IMG/VR virus record: IMGVR_UViG_3300032320_001881
Coordinates: 38,994 to 102,993 of that record
Strand: one strand, 5' to 3'
Source of the DNA: a virus
Lineage: Duplodnaviria > Caudoviricetes
Length of the DNA: 64,000 nucleotides
Shown here: piece after piece, positions 11,177 through 21,102 of the stretch
Layout of the letters: every line of letters starts with the position of its first letter
Position numbering within the stretch: position 1 is the stretch's first letter
The notes under the pieces: model-generated
What the model saw: the letters and a program-made list of their open reading frames with translations, nothing else
What the model was told of the DNA's origin: nothing
Database searches by the model: none
Translations under genes and position numbers: made by a program

Positions 11177-12133
11177 ATGCCAAAAAAATATTATAAATTA
11201 GAACATGCCAACCCTACTAATACAGACTGGTTTGTAGTTAATTGGTGCTTAGGAAATACCTGTAACTTTAGTTGTAGTTATTGTCCAGAAAATTTACACA
11301 ACGGGACTAATCCTTGGCCAACGCCGGACACAATAAAAAACTTTATACAAAAAGTAAAAGCTACACATCCTAACAAAAAATTATATTTTGAATTTACTGG
11401 CGGCGAAGTAACTTTATACAAGCATTTCTTAGATATATGCCAGTATTGTACTGAACAAGGCATAAAAGTAGGCCTTATCTCCAACGGATCTAGGACTTTA
11501 AGATACTGGAACGAAAACAAACAATATTTTGATCACGTGTGTTTAAGTTTTCATCCTGAATTCGCTGATGCTGATCATTTTGTAGAAGTTGTAAAAGCAC
11601 TTAAGAATGATGTAAGGACACATGTCAACATTATGATGGACCCTGCCAAATTTGATTTTTGTTTTGAAATTGCCAATAATATTAAAGATCTTGGTAATAT
11701 TTCTATGGCACTTCAACCGTTGATACACGACTTTGGTGAAGTATTATACGATTATACTCCTGAACAAAAGAAAACAATAGACAATCAACACGAGTTGATA
11801 AGCAAACATATTAAATTTACTAAATCATTTGATTACTACAGAGGCGCAATGAAGATGTTATATCCTAACGGCGAATCACTGGTAGTAAGTGCTCATAGAT
11901 TTATTAACGAAAAAGCAAATGATTGGTCGGGCTGGGATTGTTATGCTGGGGTCGAACAATTAATTGTAGATCAGCGTGGAACGATTTCTCGAGGTTGGTG
12001 CTTAGAAGGTGGCCCCATTGGTAATATATTTGATAATAATTTAAATTTGCCAATTGACCCAATACGCTGTACAAAAAAAATGTGCCACTGCAATTTTGAT
12101 ATTATGAGTACTAAGGAATATAAAGGTGGCTAA
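11177..12133 (+). CDS. Radical SAM protein with C-terminal Twitch/SPASM-like domain
   Basis: CNFSCSYC, TGGEVT, C-terminal C..G..GWC..C..CHC. Confidence 0.85.
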   Translation: MPKKYYKLEHANPTNTDWFVVNWCLGNTCNFSCSYCPENLHNGTNPWPTPDTIKNFIQKVKATHPNKKLYFEFTGGEVTLYKHFLDICQYCTEQGIKVGLISNGSRTLRYWNENKQYFDHVCLSFHPEFADADHFVEVVKALKNDVRTHVNIMMDPAKFDFCFEIANNIKDLGNISMALQPLIHDFGEVLYDYTPEQKKTIDNQHELISKHIKFTKSFDYYRGAMKMLYPNGESLVVSAHRFINEKANDWSGWDCYAGVEQLIVDQRGTISRGWCLEGGPIGNIFDNNLNLPIDPIRCTKKMCHCNFDIMSTKEYKGG

Positions 12134-13181
12134 ACAATTAGTTGTACTCACTGAAGATAATCGTAAAGTATTGGCTAGTATAGAAGATATTGTCGCTGCT
12201 AAATTAAATAAATTTAAGGGATGGGTATGTAATACTGGTATCCAAAGTTTATACATAGATTTTGATGGTAATGTTTGGAATGGTAACTGTTCTGGTGGTG
12301 TAGGTAAGTGGCTTTTAAAAAATAATAAACCAGCGTGGGGACATTTAGGTAATATCAATCAAGGGTTTACAATTCCTAAAGAAACTGTGATATGTCCTTA
12401 CGAATCTTGCGGGTGTGGGTCTGATATAGTAGTTACAAAATATAAAAATTCGTCCGCTATTAATTTTGTAAATGAACATACTACAGATATCGATCAAAAG
12501 TTTACTAATATTAATTGCATTAATGCGATAAGATTTACTCATAAAGTGCCTAAGCAAGTATTATGGGACATAGGTCGCCAATGTAATTATAATTGTAGCT
12601 ATTGCTGGCCCGATGTACATAACACAACAGATCCGCACAAAACTTTAGATACTTTAATTAAAACAGCCAACTATGCAATTGATAATTGGAGCGATGGTAA
12701 TACTATCCGTTGGTATTTTGGCGGTGGAGAACCGACATTGAATCCTGACTTTGAACCTTTTATACAATATCTTAGTAGTAAAAATCAATGGACTATGTTA
12801 GTGTCAAATGGAAGTCAAGGATCCAGGTACTGGGAAAAAAATTGCGACAACTATAACATATTAATATTCAGCGCACACTTTGAATTTATGAAAAAAGAGT
12901 TGTTTATGAAAAATGTGTCAGTTATTGCTAAAGAATTATCTTCCGGCACAAAAAATTTAACACAGTTTATTGTTAAATTAATGGCTAAACCCGGAATTGT
13001 TGATCAAGCAATCGAACTAGCTAACGAAATAAAAATAGTTACTGAACAATATAATCTCTTAAAACATTTGCTATCTATAGAAATGGTACCACTAAGAGGA
13101 TTAGGCACAGAATCTGGAAATTTAAGATCTGAATACACTGAAAATGAACTTAATCAGATTCTAAAATTCAATCAGTTATAA
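12126..13181 (+). CDS. Radical SAM protein with N-terminal Twitch/SPASM-like domain
   Basis: CNYNCSYC and GGGEPT in the C-terminal half; Cys-rich auxiliary-cluster motif at the N-terminus. Confidence 0.8.
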   Translation: MAKQLVVLTEDNRKVLASIEDIVAAKLNKFKGWVCNTGIQSLYIDFDGNVWNGNCSGGVGKWLLKNNKPAWGHLGNINQGFTIPKETVICPYESCGCGSDIVVTKYKNSSAINFVNEHTTDIDQKFTNINCINAIRFTHKVPKQVLWDIGRQCNYNCSYCWPDVHNTTDPHKTLDTLIKTANYAIDNWSDGNTIRWYFGGGEPTLNPDFEPFIQYLSSKNQWTMLVSNGSQGSRYWEKNCDNYNILIFSAHFEFMKKELFMKNVSVIAKELSSGTKNLTQFIVKLMAKPGIVDQAIELANEIKIVTEQYNLLKHLLSIEMVPLRGLGTESGNLRSEYTENELNQILKFNQL

Positions 13182-13775
13182 AAATCCGCCAACGGGTGTG
13201 TCTGGCCTATGTTCTCTTTTGAGATATGTACAACGAACAACCGTATCAGTAGGAAGCAATATGCGACTAAACAGTATAGTCCAAAAATTTTGATGTACAC
13301 ATTTAGTTTTAGCTGGGACTATACATTCGTCAAAATAATCATATCGCTCGTTAGCTGTAGTGCTAAATGCAAATCGTCGGAGTAATTTAGCATGTCTGGC
13401 GGACCATAAGGTATAAAATCTATAACGACCTTGCTTTTCATTATGTGCCATGGCAGCTTCTAATAATTGTCGTACATATTCTCTATTGTGCGCTGAACGG
13501 ATCATTGTGCCGTACCATACAGGTTCGTTAGGACTTAAATAAAAAGATATATATCCTAGTATATTTCCCTGGTCATCCTCTAACCCAAGAGCTTTGTATC
13601 TTGACAAACCAGTAAGATAAGTTCTTCCGAAAGCTCTATGATAAATTTTCGCCATAGGATTATTATCTGTGGGAACAAAATAATTGGTTTCTGTATCTGT
13701 GCCCATAAAATTTTTAGTTTGAAATAAATGGCCAGTTTTTTCATAATGTGATTGATTTAATTCTACAATTTTCAT
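13176..13775 (-). CDS. Hypothetical protein, possibly GNAT-like
   Basis: 199 aa, coupled to 13772; fold is a guess only. Confidence 0.45.
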   Translation of the reverse strand: MKIVELNQSHYEKTGHLFQTKNFMGTDTETNYFVPTDNNPMAKIYHRAFGRTYLTGLSRYKALGLEDDQGNILGYISFYLSPNEPVWYGTMIRSAHNREYVRQLLEAAMAHNEKQGRYRFYTLWSARHAKLLRRFAFSTTANERYDYFDECIVPAKTKCVHQNFWTILFSRILLPTDTVVRCTYLKREHRPDTPVGGFL

Positions 13776-14689
13776 GCTTCACCCTTTAATTGTTTTATTG
13801 CTTGATCATATGGTATACCGTCTAAACTATACTCTAATCTTGGAATTTGATTAAGGCCAATCTCCTCGTAAGCTATGCCGTTAAAAGCAATTAAACTTTC
13901 AAATCCATGTCTTTTTGGTTTTCTCCTGAATTCAGGATATAATGATGCTAGTATTTTGTTTTTAGACGACGCTGCTGTTAATTTGTAATTGTATTTTTCT
14001 GTGACTAAATTTTTTACGCCGTCTGATTCTAAGTAATGCAATAACAATTCTGGAGTATAACTAAAGTATTCATTGACTAATGGAATATTATATTTCAAAC
14101 TAAAACGAATAGCACTAGCGTCTTCGTTTTCTCTAAAAGCATAATACCAAAAACTTCTATCTTTGCTTACTTGCCGTGTAAGTCCTGCTTCGCCGCCCAT
14201 AACCGCCGGGGCGCCCAATTTTAAAATCTGATTATACACCATAATATAAGTTATTTGTGTGCTTTGAATTTTCTCACCAAATTCAGTTGCTTCGCCGGAA
14301 AAGAAAAAATCTTTAACATCAAAATCTATTAAATCTAATTTCACATCTAATTCACTTGCTATTGCTTTAGCTTCGTATACTTCTCCAATATTATAATCAT
14401 TTTTGAATTTTATCATAGCACACCTAGGTTTAAACCCATTGTGAATAAAATTACGTAATACTATTTCGCTATCTGTTCCGCCTGATAAAAATAAAATAAG
14501 GTCATGTCCTAAATCTTCTTGTATAAGTTTTGCTGTTCTGTGAAGCTCATCTTTGAAAGACCCTGTTCGATATTGATCGGGATCTACAGGACCTAGTCTG
14601 ACTTCAAATTTATCAATCTCAGTTTCTCTATAACCATACTCTCTGCCATCTATGGTATACTTTAGATGATTTCGGTAAGTAAAATTCAT
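13772..14689 (-). CDS. PP-loop (SGGxDS) ATP pyrophosphatase, asparagine synthase-like
   Basis: LFLSGGTDSE; paralog of 31414-32283. Confidence 0.65.
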   Translation of the reverse strand: MNFTYRNHLKYTIDGREYGYRETEIDKFEVRLGPVDPDQYRTGSFKDELHRTAKLIQEDLGHDLILFLSGGTDSEIVLRNFIHNGFKPRCAMIKFKNDYNIGEVYEAKAIASELDVKLDLIDFDVKDFFFSGEATEFGEKIQSTQITYIMVYNQILKLGAPAVMGGEAGLTRQVSKDRSFWYYAFRENEDASAIRFSLKYNIPLVNEYFSYTPELLLHYLESDGVKNLVTEKYNYKLTAASSKNKILASLYPEFRRKPKRHGFESLIAFNGIAYEEIGLNQIPRLEYSLDGIPYDQAIKQLKGEA

Positions 14690-15507
14690 TAAACTTTGCG
14701 TCCGTCGAGTATGTTTTTTCTACTTTCCTTGGTAGCAATTAGCGGCAAAAATATTAAACTAAAATCCCATTCTTTCTTAAGGCCACTTACTGAAGTTCCA
14801 AAATCATATGAACTTGCTTTAGCATGATGATTATTATGCCATCCCTGGCCCCAGGTGATCCAAGCTAGCAACGGAACATTTTGACTGTCGTCTTTAGTAT
14901 CAAAATTCCTATAGCCATATCCTGGACTATGGCAAAATACATTGATATTACTTTCCATATATAAACTTATCGCAGCTGGAATCATAAATCCAAATAATAA
15001 TAATTCCCACGATATTAGCCCAACCACAATGTAAGTAACTAATATAATCCAATTATAATTTTTAGCAAACCACATGTGCATAGGATCTTTGATTAAGTCA
15101 ATAGCATATTTGGGATTGAAATATTCGTCCCAGTCATGTAACCAGCTATGCCAAGCATACCATTTACCTTTGCTAGGAGCATGAGCATCTTTTTCAGTAT
15201 CGGAATATCTATGATGGCTACCACGATGTACAGCAGCCCAGCCTAACGGACTTCCTTGTAAACTTAAACAACTTATCCATAGCAAAATTGGTTTTAATCC
15301 TGGACGCAATTCAACAGCTCGATGACTTACATATCTATGTAATATAACAGCAACACCCAGACCTTCAATTATAATCCATCCAACTAATATTTGGAAGAAA
15401 TTAACCCAAGTAAAATCAAAGAAGTACAAATAAAGAAGCATTCCTACCCAGGCAATAGCATGAGCAGGATAAAGGATATAGTTGAGAAAGGAATTAGTTT
15501 TAGGCAT
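14689..15507 (-). CDS. Membrane fatty acid desaturase (delta-9 type)
   Basis: His boxes HRYVSH, HRGSHH, HNNHH plus TM helices. Confidence 0.85.
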   Translation of the reverse strand: MPKTNSFLNYILYPAHAIAWVGMLLYLYFFDFTWVNFFQILVGWIIIEGLGVAVILHRYVSHRAVELRPGLKPILLWISCLSLQGSPLGWAAVHRGSHHRYSDTEKDAHAPSKGKWYAWHSWLHDWDEYFNPKYAIDLIKDPMHMWFAKNYNWIILVTYIVVGLISWELLLFGFMIPAAISLYMESNINVFCHSPGYGYRNFDTKDDSQNVPLLAWITWGQGWHNNHHAKASSYDFGTSVSGLKKEWDFSLIFLPLIATKESRKNILDGRKV

Positions 15508-15533
15508 AGATGTATTTAAGTAAATATTTCACG

Positions 15534-16112
15534 ATGATAAAAATTATTGATTATGCTATTAATTTTGATGATAAATTATGGTACACATGCCAGAATTTTA
15601 TTAAAAATTCTAATGATAATTTGAAAACTAATTACAGCAATATTTTACCTACAAAGTATGTTTCTTTTCCGGTAGTCATTATTGATAACAGAATTGTTTG
15701 TTTTAGCGCATTAGAAGTAAATGAAAGTCGATGGGGGAAAGGCATTGGTAGATGTAGTAGTAGAATGTGGATACATCCAGAATATAGACATTCTGGTAAA
15801 TTTATTGGAGGTAATAAATTTCTTAATACAACTTATTGCTTACCCATTCAGTTAGCAAAAGCAAAATTAATTAACTTAGATTGTGTTTTTATTAGTAGGG
15901 AAGATAATCTGAAAGGATTTGAAGAATATTGTAAATTAATTAAAATTAATGCCTGCGCTGATTTTATAATGGAATCAAATAGATATAATGTTTGTGGATC
16001 ACTAGATCCTGTTCCTGAAAGTTGTAAACAATGGGTAATGATACATTACTTAACAGCTGATGCTAAATCAGTGTGGACTAATAATATGAGTAATTATAAT
16101 TTAATCTATTAA
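15534..16112 (+). CDS. Hypothetical protein, possibly GNAT-like
   Basis: SRMWIHPEYR motif; TAAATA at 15521-15526 precedes ATG 15534. Confidence 0.5.
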   Translation: MIKIIDYAINFDDKLWYTCQNFIKNSNDNLKTNYSNILPTKYVSFPVVIIDNRIVCFSALEVNESRWGKGIGRCSSRMWIHPEYRHSGKFIGGNKFLNTTYCLPIQLAKAKLINLDCVFISREDNLKGFEEYCKLIKINACADFIMESNRYNVCGSLDPVPESCKQWVMIHYLTADAKSVWTNNMSNYNLIY

Positions 16113-16414
16113 GATATAAGTTCAACATAGTTAAAAGTTATGCCATTGTCTTTATTATAAGCATTTCTTTCAATAAAAAATGGCTTGTGTCTTCGTTGAT
16201 ATGCCCAACTAGCATAATTTTCTAAGTCGTCCCAAATTACAGTATAGGTTCTAACATCATCGCTAGTATCTACTAACGTTTGACTAATAAATCCAGGCAA
16301 AGTTGATGTCCATAATGAATGACTATCGGCTTTATTTTTATTCTCCGCACTGACTTGATTAAAAAATTTAGCACCTGCTGGTTTTGTTGTAGTAACGACA
16401 TAAGTTATTGCCAT
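16109..16414 (-). CDS. Hypothetical protein
   Basis: 101 aa with AGGAG RBS. Confidence 0.6.
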   Translation of the reverse strand: MAITYVVTTTKPAGAKFFNQVSAENKNKADSHSLWTSTLPGFISQTLVDTSDDVRTYTVIWDDLENYASWAYQRRHKPFFIERNAYNKDNGITFNYVELIS

Positions 16415-16442
16415 ATTTTATCTCCTAATAGTGTATTATTTA

Positions 16443-17627
16443 TCAATAACCTTTTAAAAATTCTGCTTTCATCCAGTCTAAATCGTTAATTAATGACAAA
16501 TTTGTTTTATTATGTTTATTTTTTTGCCCAAAATCTCTGCCAGCTATAGCACCTTTGATTGCCCACACACCGAAAGGACTGTCTGCTCCAACCGTACACC
16601 AAATATCTAGCCTTTTACCACTTTCTCTTGTTAGTTGTCTTTTTAAAATATTACTAGACAGTTTTGTGCATTCTCTAAATGCACTACGAAAAGCGTTAAA
16701 TTCGTCTGTATTAAACGCAGTAATATTGCTTATCTTAGTCATAGGTTTAAATCTATTACTAATACTAGTTGTCATATCTACACAAGACGGATCTACATCT
16801 AAAGTTAATTGTCTGGGTAACAATTTAACTCCGCCATACCCATACTCTAATCCATTTACAGGATTAAGACTGCGCCATACATGTACACAATCGCGATCAA
16901 ATATGTTAGGCTGATATTCAAAACTCCAGTCGTCTGTTAAGTAAGCATCGCCGTCAACGACATAAAACATATCGGTAGTAACTAGTTCGGCAGCATATTT
17001 GTGAGCATTAACTATTCCTTTTATCCCGTTTACACGAATTGCATTAGGACATTTTTCTAAAACTCTTAACCAATTTTTTTCAGAATTTGGTTCATTGTAG
17101 CTAATAAAAACAACATCTAATTCATCTGACTTAGCTATGGAAACATATCCCATATTTTTAGTACCTAATGGCGTATAGTTTTTTAATTTTCCTTTGAATG
17201 CCCAGACGTTATTATCAGTTAATTTAGGATCTACATACCATATTATTTCATAATTTAAATCGTATATATCTTCAATACTAGTTGTGGTGGGATCATTTTC
17301 AAAAATTATTTTGTCATCTATTTCAGGATTTCTAGTCCACTGAATTTCAAACTCGATTTCAACTTCAATTTCGCTGTAGCGTTTTTCTATTTCCCATGCC
17401 GCATTAAAATATTTAGCTATCCATTGATCTTTATACTTCCATACAATACAACGATTGCCATCGTACGGAATCGACGTGATTTTATAATTTTCAAAAGCTG
17501 GATTTATTATTATAAATTCTTTATGGTCCTTACCAAGTTTGAAAAGATTATAATCGTAATCCTTGTAATCGCCATTCCATTCAATCTTTTCAACTTCTTC
17601 TTTGGGAATTTGGTAAATGTTAATCAT
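16443..17627 (-). CDS. Glycosyltransferase-like protein (GT-A)
   Basis: FISYNEPN..RVNGIKG..AH..VVDGDA..YGYGG. Confidence 0.55.
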   Translation of the reverse strand: MINIYQIPKEEVEKIEWNGDYKDYDYNLFKLGKDHKEFIIINPAFENYKITSIPYDGNRCIVWKYKDQWIAKYFNAAWEIEKRYSEIEVEIEFEIQWTRNPEIDDKIIFENDPTTTSIEDIYDLNYEIIWYVDPKLTDNNVWAFKGKLKNYTPLGTKNMGYVSIAKSDELDVVFISYNEPNSEKNWLRVLEKCPNAIRVNGIKGIVNAHKYAAELVTTDMFYVVDGDAYLTDDWSFEYQPNIFDRDCVHVWRSLNPVNGLEYGYGGVKLLPRQLTLDVDPSCVDMTTSISNRFKPMTKISNITAFNTDEFNAFRSAFRECTKLSSNILKRQLTRESGKRLDIWCTVGADSPFGVWAIKGAIAGRDFGQKNKHNKTNLSLINDLDWMKAEFLKGY

Positions 17628-18570
17628 GGTTAAGCCAGTTGTAGTATTCTTGTAATCCGTGGGCTAAATCAACTGTTGGATAATATCCAAAGTCTAACTT
17701 AGCTCGATTAATATTTAATTGCCCGCGAATCGGAAATGATGTATCTCTATTTTTTATACATACAGATCCTTTTCCTACCATATCAACTATTAAAGTTGCT
17801 GCTGTCATGAGCGAGTGTGATTTTCCCCGAGCTATATTATAAGTAGAATTTTTGGTATCTTCGCTAATAGCAGATAATGCGATACCCATAGCGGCATCAT
17901 CGATATAAGTAAAATCTAACGAGTCGTCGATACCATTAACAGTTAATTCTTTACCTTGCATAGCTTGTGTTAAAAATTTACTAATGACTCTATCTGTTAC
18001 ATCATACGGCCCGTATACGGCGCTAGGACGAACAATAGTATAATCTAATTTATGTTGTCTACTATAATCTTGTACTAACCATTCGCCCGATAATTTCATA
18101 ATACCATACTGTCCCATAGGTCTACAATCGCTATTTTCATCAATACCTTCAGCTATAGCCTGACGATTGAAATTGCCATACACCATACTGCTACTAACAT
18201 AAACAAATTTTCTTACATTGTGTTTAACACTTTGTTCTAATAAATTAAGTAATCCTTCAATCATTACTCTACTACCTTGTACAGGATTCTTATTAACTAC
18301 TTTCTGTCGTGGAAAACTAGCTAGATGGATAACAATATCTACACCGTCGAATATGCTAGTATCAAAAGGTTCAGAAATATCAGCTAAAATAATATTTCGG
18401 GTTTGTATTCTACATAACCTTTCGGTCATCAAATAATTTAATTCATCCTTAGATATAATGTTATAGTCTGTTTTATTGTCAACGATAGTACAGTCGTGGC
18501 GGAAACTTTCGAGAATACGAACTACATTGTGTCCTATAAATCCTAATCCACCAGTTACAAGTATCTTCAT
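17620..18570 (-). CDS. NAD-dependent epimerase/dehydratase
   Basis: TGGLGFIG, YGIMK catalytic motif. Confidence 0.9.
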   Translation of the reverse strand: MKILVTGGLGFIGHNVVRILESFRHDCTIVDNKTDYNIISKDELNYLMTERLCRIQTRNIILADISEPFDTSIFDGVDIVIHLASFPRQKVVNKNPVQGSRVMIEGLLNLLEQSVKHNVRKFVYVSSSMVYGNFNRQAIAEGIDENSDCRPMGQYGIMKLSGEWLVQDYSRQHKLDYTIVRPSAVYGPYDVTDRVISKFLTQAMQGKELTVNGIDDSLDFTYIDDAAMGIALSAISEDTKNSTYNIARGKSHSLMTAATLIVDMVGKGSVCIKNRDTSFPIRGQLNINRAKLDFGYYPTVDLAHGLQEYYNWLNHD

Positions 18571-18788
18571 AACAATATACCATGGATATAAATTAATGCC
18601 ATAATTATGTTTAAAAGAATTAAACTAGGCTCTTTCCAAAGAAAACTTAACATTATCCATAGTGAAGCACCTAACAGTCCTGTGAACTTATAATAAGGAG
18701 CAACATCGTGCGCGGTCAAAATTACATGAAGTAAGGCCACAATAGTTGCTAACCACTTTACATAAAAGTCTAAGGGTTTAGTAAACAT
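18567..18788 (-). CDS. Small membrane protein
   Basis: 73 aa, 2-3 hydrophobic segments. Confidence 0.6.
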   Translation of the reverse strand: MFTKPLDFYVKWLATIVALLHVILTAHDVAPYYKFTGLLGASLWIMLSFLWKEPSLILLNIIMALIYIHGILL

Positions 18789-19024
18789 TTATCCCATTTT
18801 AAAAAATATTCTGTTGCAAGTTTTTCTTCAACATCGCCATAAACAAATACTCGTTGACCATAAGTACCGGGATCAGGACGAATAATATAAAGCGGATCGG
18901 CACAGTTAGTTTTAATCCATTGACCTTTTTCGGTATCCATAAATTCGCCCAACGGAAAAGCTGCATATATTTCTGGATCTTCTGGATCGCCTATGCCAAA
19001 GGAATGAAAAATGATCTTTACCAT
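18770..19024 (-). CDS. Small protein of the C-terminal FxLxW-like paralog family
   Basis: Ends ATEYFLKW. Confidence 0.55.
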   Translation of the reverse strand: MVKIIFHSFGIGDPEDPEIYAAFPLGEFMDTEKGQWIKTNCADPLYIIRPDPGTYGQRVFVYGDVEEKLATEYFLKWDKCLLNP

Positions 19025-19048
19025 GCTACTATTATAGCATATTAAAAA

Positions 19049-19715
19049 CTACTTTACAATAAATTCGGTTACCATTGGAAAGATTGATTCCAAAGCAACA
19101 GCACAAGATTCGGCAACTTCGCGATGTTCTTTCTGAGTCTCTGGCCCGCTACGGAGCTCAATATAATGTAACCAGCTGCGTAATGTACCTTGCATATACA
19201 AACGGCTTACAGTTAGTCCTTCAGAATACAGCACGGGCTTGCTCTTTGGCTATGCCTTTATTGATAGCCCACTCGTAGGCTTGCTGGTTGGCATCGATGA
19301 TTCGTTGTTGCATAACTCCCCAATCATCCTGTAATTGCTGATCATTAGTTGTGATACTGTTTTGTCTATTTTTTGTGTCTTGAAGTCTGGCTTCTCTTGT
19401 AACGAACGCCAAATCTTTAGTTGGGTCAGCATAGCGTTGAGAGAACTCTTGGAAACTAAAACTTCTGTGGCGTAAGATTTGTCTAGCAATGTCACGGGTA
19501 GTTTCAATCTCCAAACAAGCACTGACCATTTCTAAAGGGGACCAATGTTTGTGTTTAATAAGATAACGAATAAGTTTTTCGCTAGTATCTGTGTTATTTT
19601 GATTAGCTGGATTGCTAACCCTAGCACAGTAAGCAACTAGTTCTTGAGCATTAATAATACCTTGCTCTGCTAGTTCCTTACTGGGCTGGCTACTACTTAC
19701 TAATTTTACTTTCAA
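19049..19715 (-). pseudogene. thyX: Flavin-dependent thymidylate synthase ThyX, interrupted by a frameshift near 19223
   Basis: H(W)SPLE and RHRSFSFQEFSQRY motifs in 19221-19715; C-terminal LRSWLHYIELR..QKEHR in a second frame; ARAV-[LP]-EG reads GTA TTC TGA AGG. Confidence 0.85.
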
Positions 19716-20014
19716 AGTTTACCTAAGATTTTATCAGTTTCAGGTTGAACTAACGCCGCAACACTTTTAATATCAACTACAAAATCAACGTCTTTTATAT
19801 CAGCATCCATTTCAGAAAATGTTCTAGAGACTAATGCTTCGATATCTTCGATTTGTAATCCTTGTTTGATAAGTGTATGTAAGTTAATGGTGCGTTGTTT
19901 ACCATCATTTAACTTAATTACGATTTTTTTAATGCATTCCAGTGGTACATCTGTTTTGTTTACTTCTTTAACAATAATTTCCCACTGGTCAACTAACTCA
20001 TCAATTGGCAGCAT
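19712..20014 (-). CDS. Hypothetical protein
   Basis: 100 aa ORF coupled to thyX. Confidence 0.6.
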   Translation of the reverse strand: MLPIDELVDQWEIIVKEVNKTDVPLECIKKIVIKLNDGKQRTINLHTLIKQGLQIEDIEALVSRTFSEMDADIKDVDFVVDIKSVAALVQPETDKILGKL

Positions 20015-20753
20015 CGCTCACCGCGGCTTCTGCTTTAGGTGGACGGCCACGACGCTTAGGCGCTTCTGGTTCTGCTGGAGTCCAAGTAGCTTCTGCTGGA
20101 TTAACTCCTGGTACCATACGCTCAGCATCTTTTTTCATACGAGCAGCTTCTGAAATCATAGCGGTAGCTTCTTGCTCCATCTTCTTAGCTTGTGCCAACA
20201 TATTAGCGGCAATAGCACGATCACTTAATACGCCATCTTGTGGGGCGCTAAGTGGAGCTGAAGTTTGATAACGAGCTTCAGCTGCTTGTTGTTTAGCAAG
20301 TTGTTCTTCTTTAAACTTTGCTTCGGCAGCACGTTTCACTTGTGGGTCAACCATACCGCGCGATGCTTCGTTTTCTTCTAGCTTCTTCATAGCCTCTGCG
20401 CCTTTATTCATTTCATTGATTAACTTATTAAGTTCATCTAAACGAACACTTGCGTTAGTACTAGGAGTCATCAACACATCAGCACAGCGAACTTTTTTAA
20501 TCATGCGCTCCGTGTGTAATGTTTCAAGTATAGGACGACCATCTGGCAAGAAAGAACGATGTAAAGCATCGGCTAGTTGATTAGCTTGCTGACCAACATC
20601 ACTTTCTACGACCTTTTGGATTGCATCTTGCCATGAAGCATTTAAAATTTCAGGATAAACTACTAAGCACATGTGCTCGTCACCTGGAACCTCGCGATAT
20701 AATACTAGGACCTTTCGGTCACCATTTTTACCTACGTGTTTAATCTGTGCCAT
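20001..20753 (-). CDS. Coiled-coil protein with C-terminal AT-hook
   Basis: Start MAQIKH after GGAG RBS; KRRGRPPK. Confidence 0.65.
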   Translation of the reverse strand: MAQIKHVGKNGDRKVLVLYREVPGDEHMCLVVYPEILNASWQDAIQKVVESDVGQQANQLADALHRSFLPDGRPILETLHTERMIKKVRCADVLMTPSTNASVRLDELNKLINEMNKGAEAMKKLEENEASRGMVDPQVKRAAEAKFKEEQLAKQQAAEARYQTSAPLSAPQDGVLSDRAIAANMLAQAKKMEQEATAMISEAARMKKDAERMVPGVNPAEATWTPAEPEAPKRRGRPPKAEAAVSDAAN

Positions 20754-20754
20754 A

Positions 20755-21012
20755 TTATTCTCCTTGTTGTGTGTCGCTAATTGGCTCGGCGGCATCGGGT
20801 GTAATTGTTTCTCCATTTTCAGTATTAGCATTAGCTTCCGCTGCTGCTTTAGCTTGTGCCATTACATCATTTAGAAAAGTTGTGAGCTTATCATAGATAG
20901 CGCCAACTTGGGTTAATTCGGCACCGCGAAATGCTCCGCGAGATGCCGCAAGATCTACAATGCCATGAAGAGCGCCAAGATCCGCTACAGTAATTTGAGT
21001 TGAATTTTCCAT
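20755..21012 (-). CDS. Hypothetical protein
   Basis: 85 aa; TAAATA-N5-ATG upstream. Confidence 0.65.
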   Translation of the reverse strand: MENSTQITVADLGALHGIVDLAASRGAFRGAELTQVGAIYDKLTTFLNDVMAQAKAAAEANANTENGETITPDAAEPISDTQQGE

Positions 21013-21048
21013 ATAGATATTTAATACAAAATAGGTACTGTTAAAAAT

Positions 21049-21074
21049 AAAATGCCCCTTTTATGGGGCATTTT
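21049..21074. terminator. Intrinsic terminator hairpin
   Basis: AAAATGCCCC-ttttat-GGGGCATTTT, downstream of the VWA gene. Confidence 0.7.
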
Positions 21075-21102
21075 GGTAAAATTGGGGCGGGTTTACCTAA
21101 GT

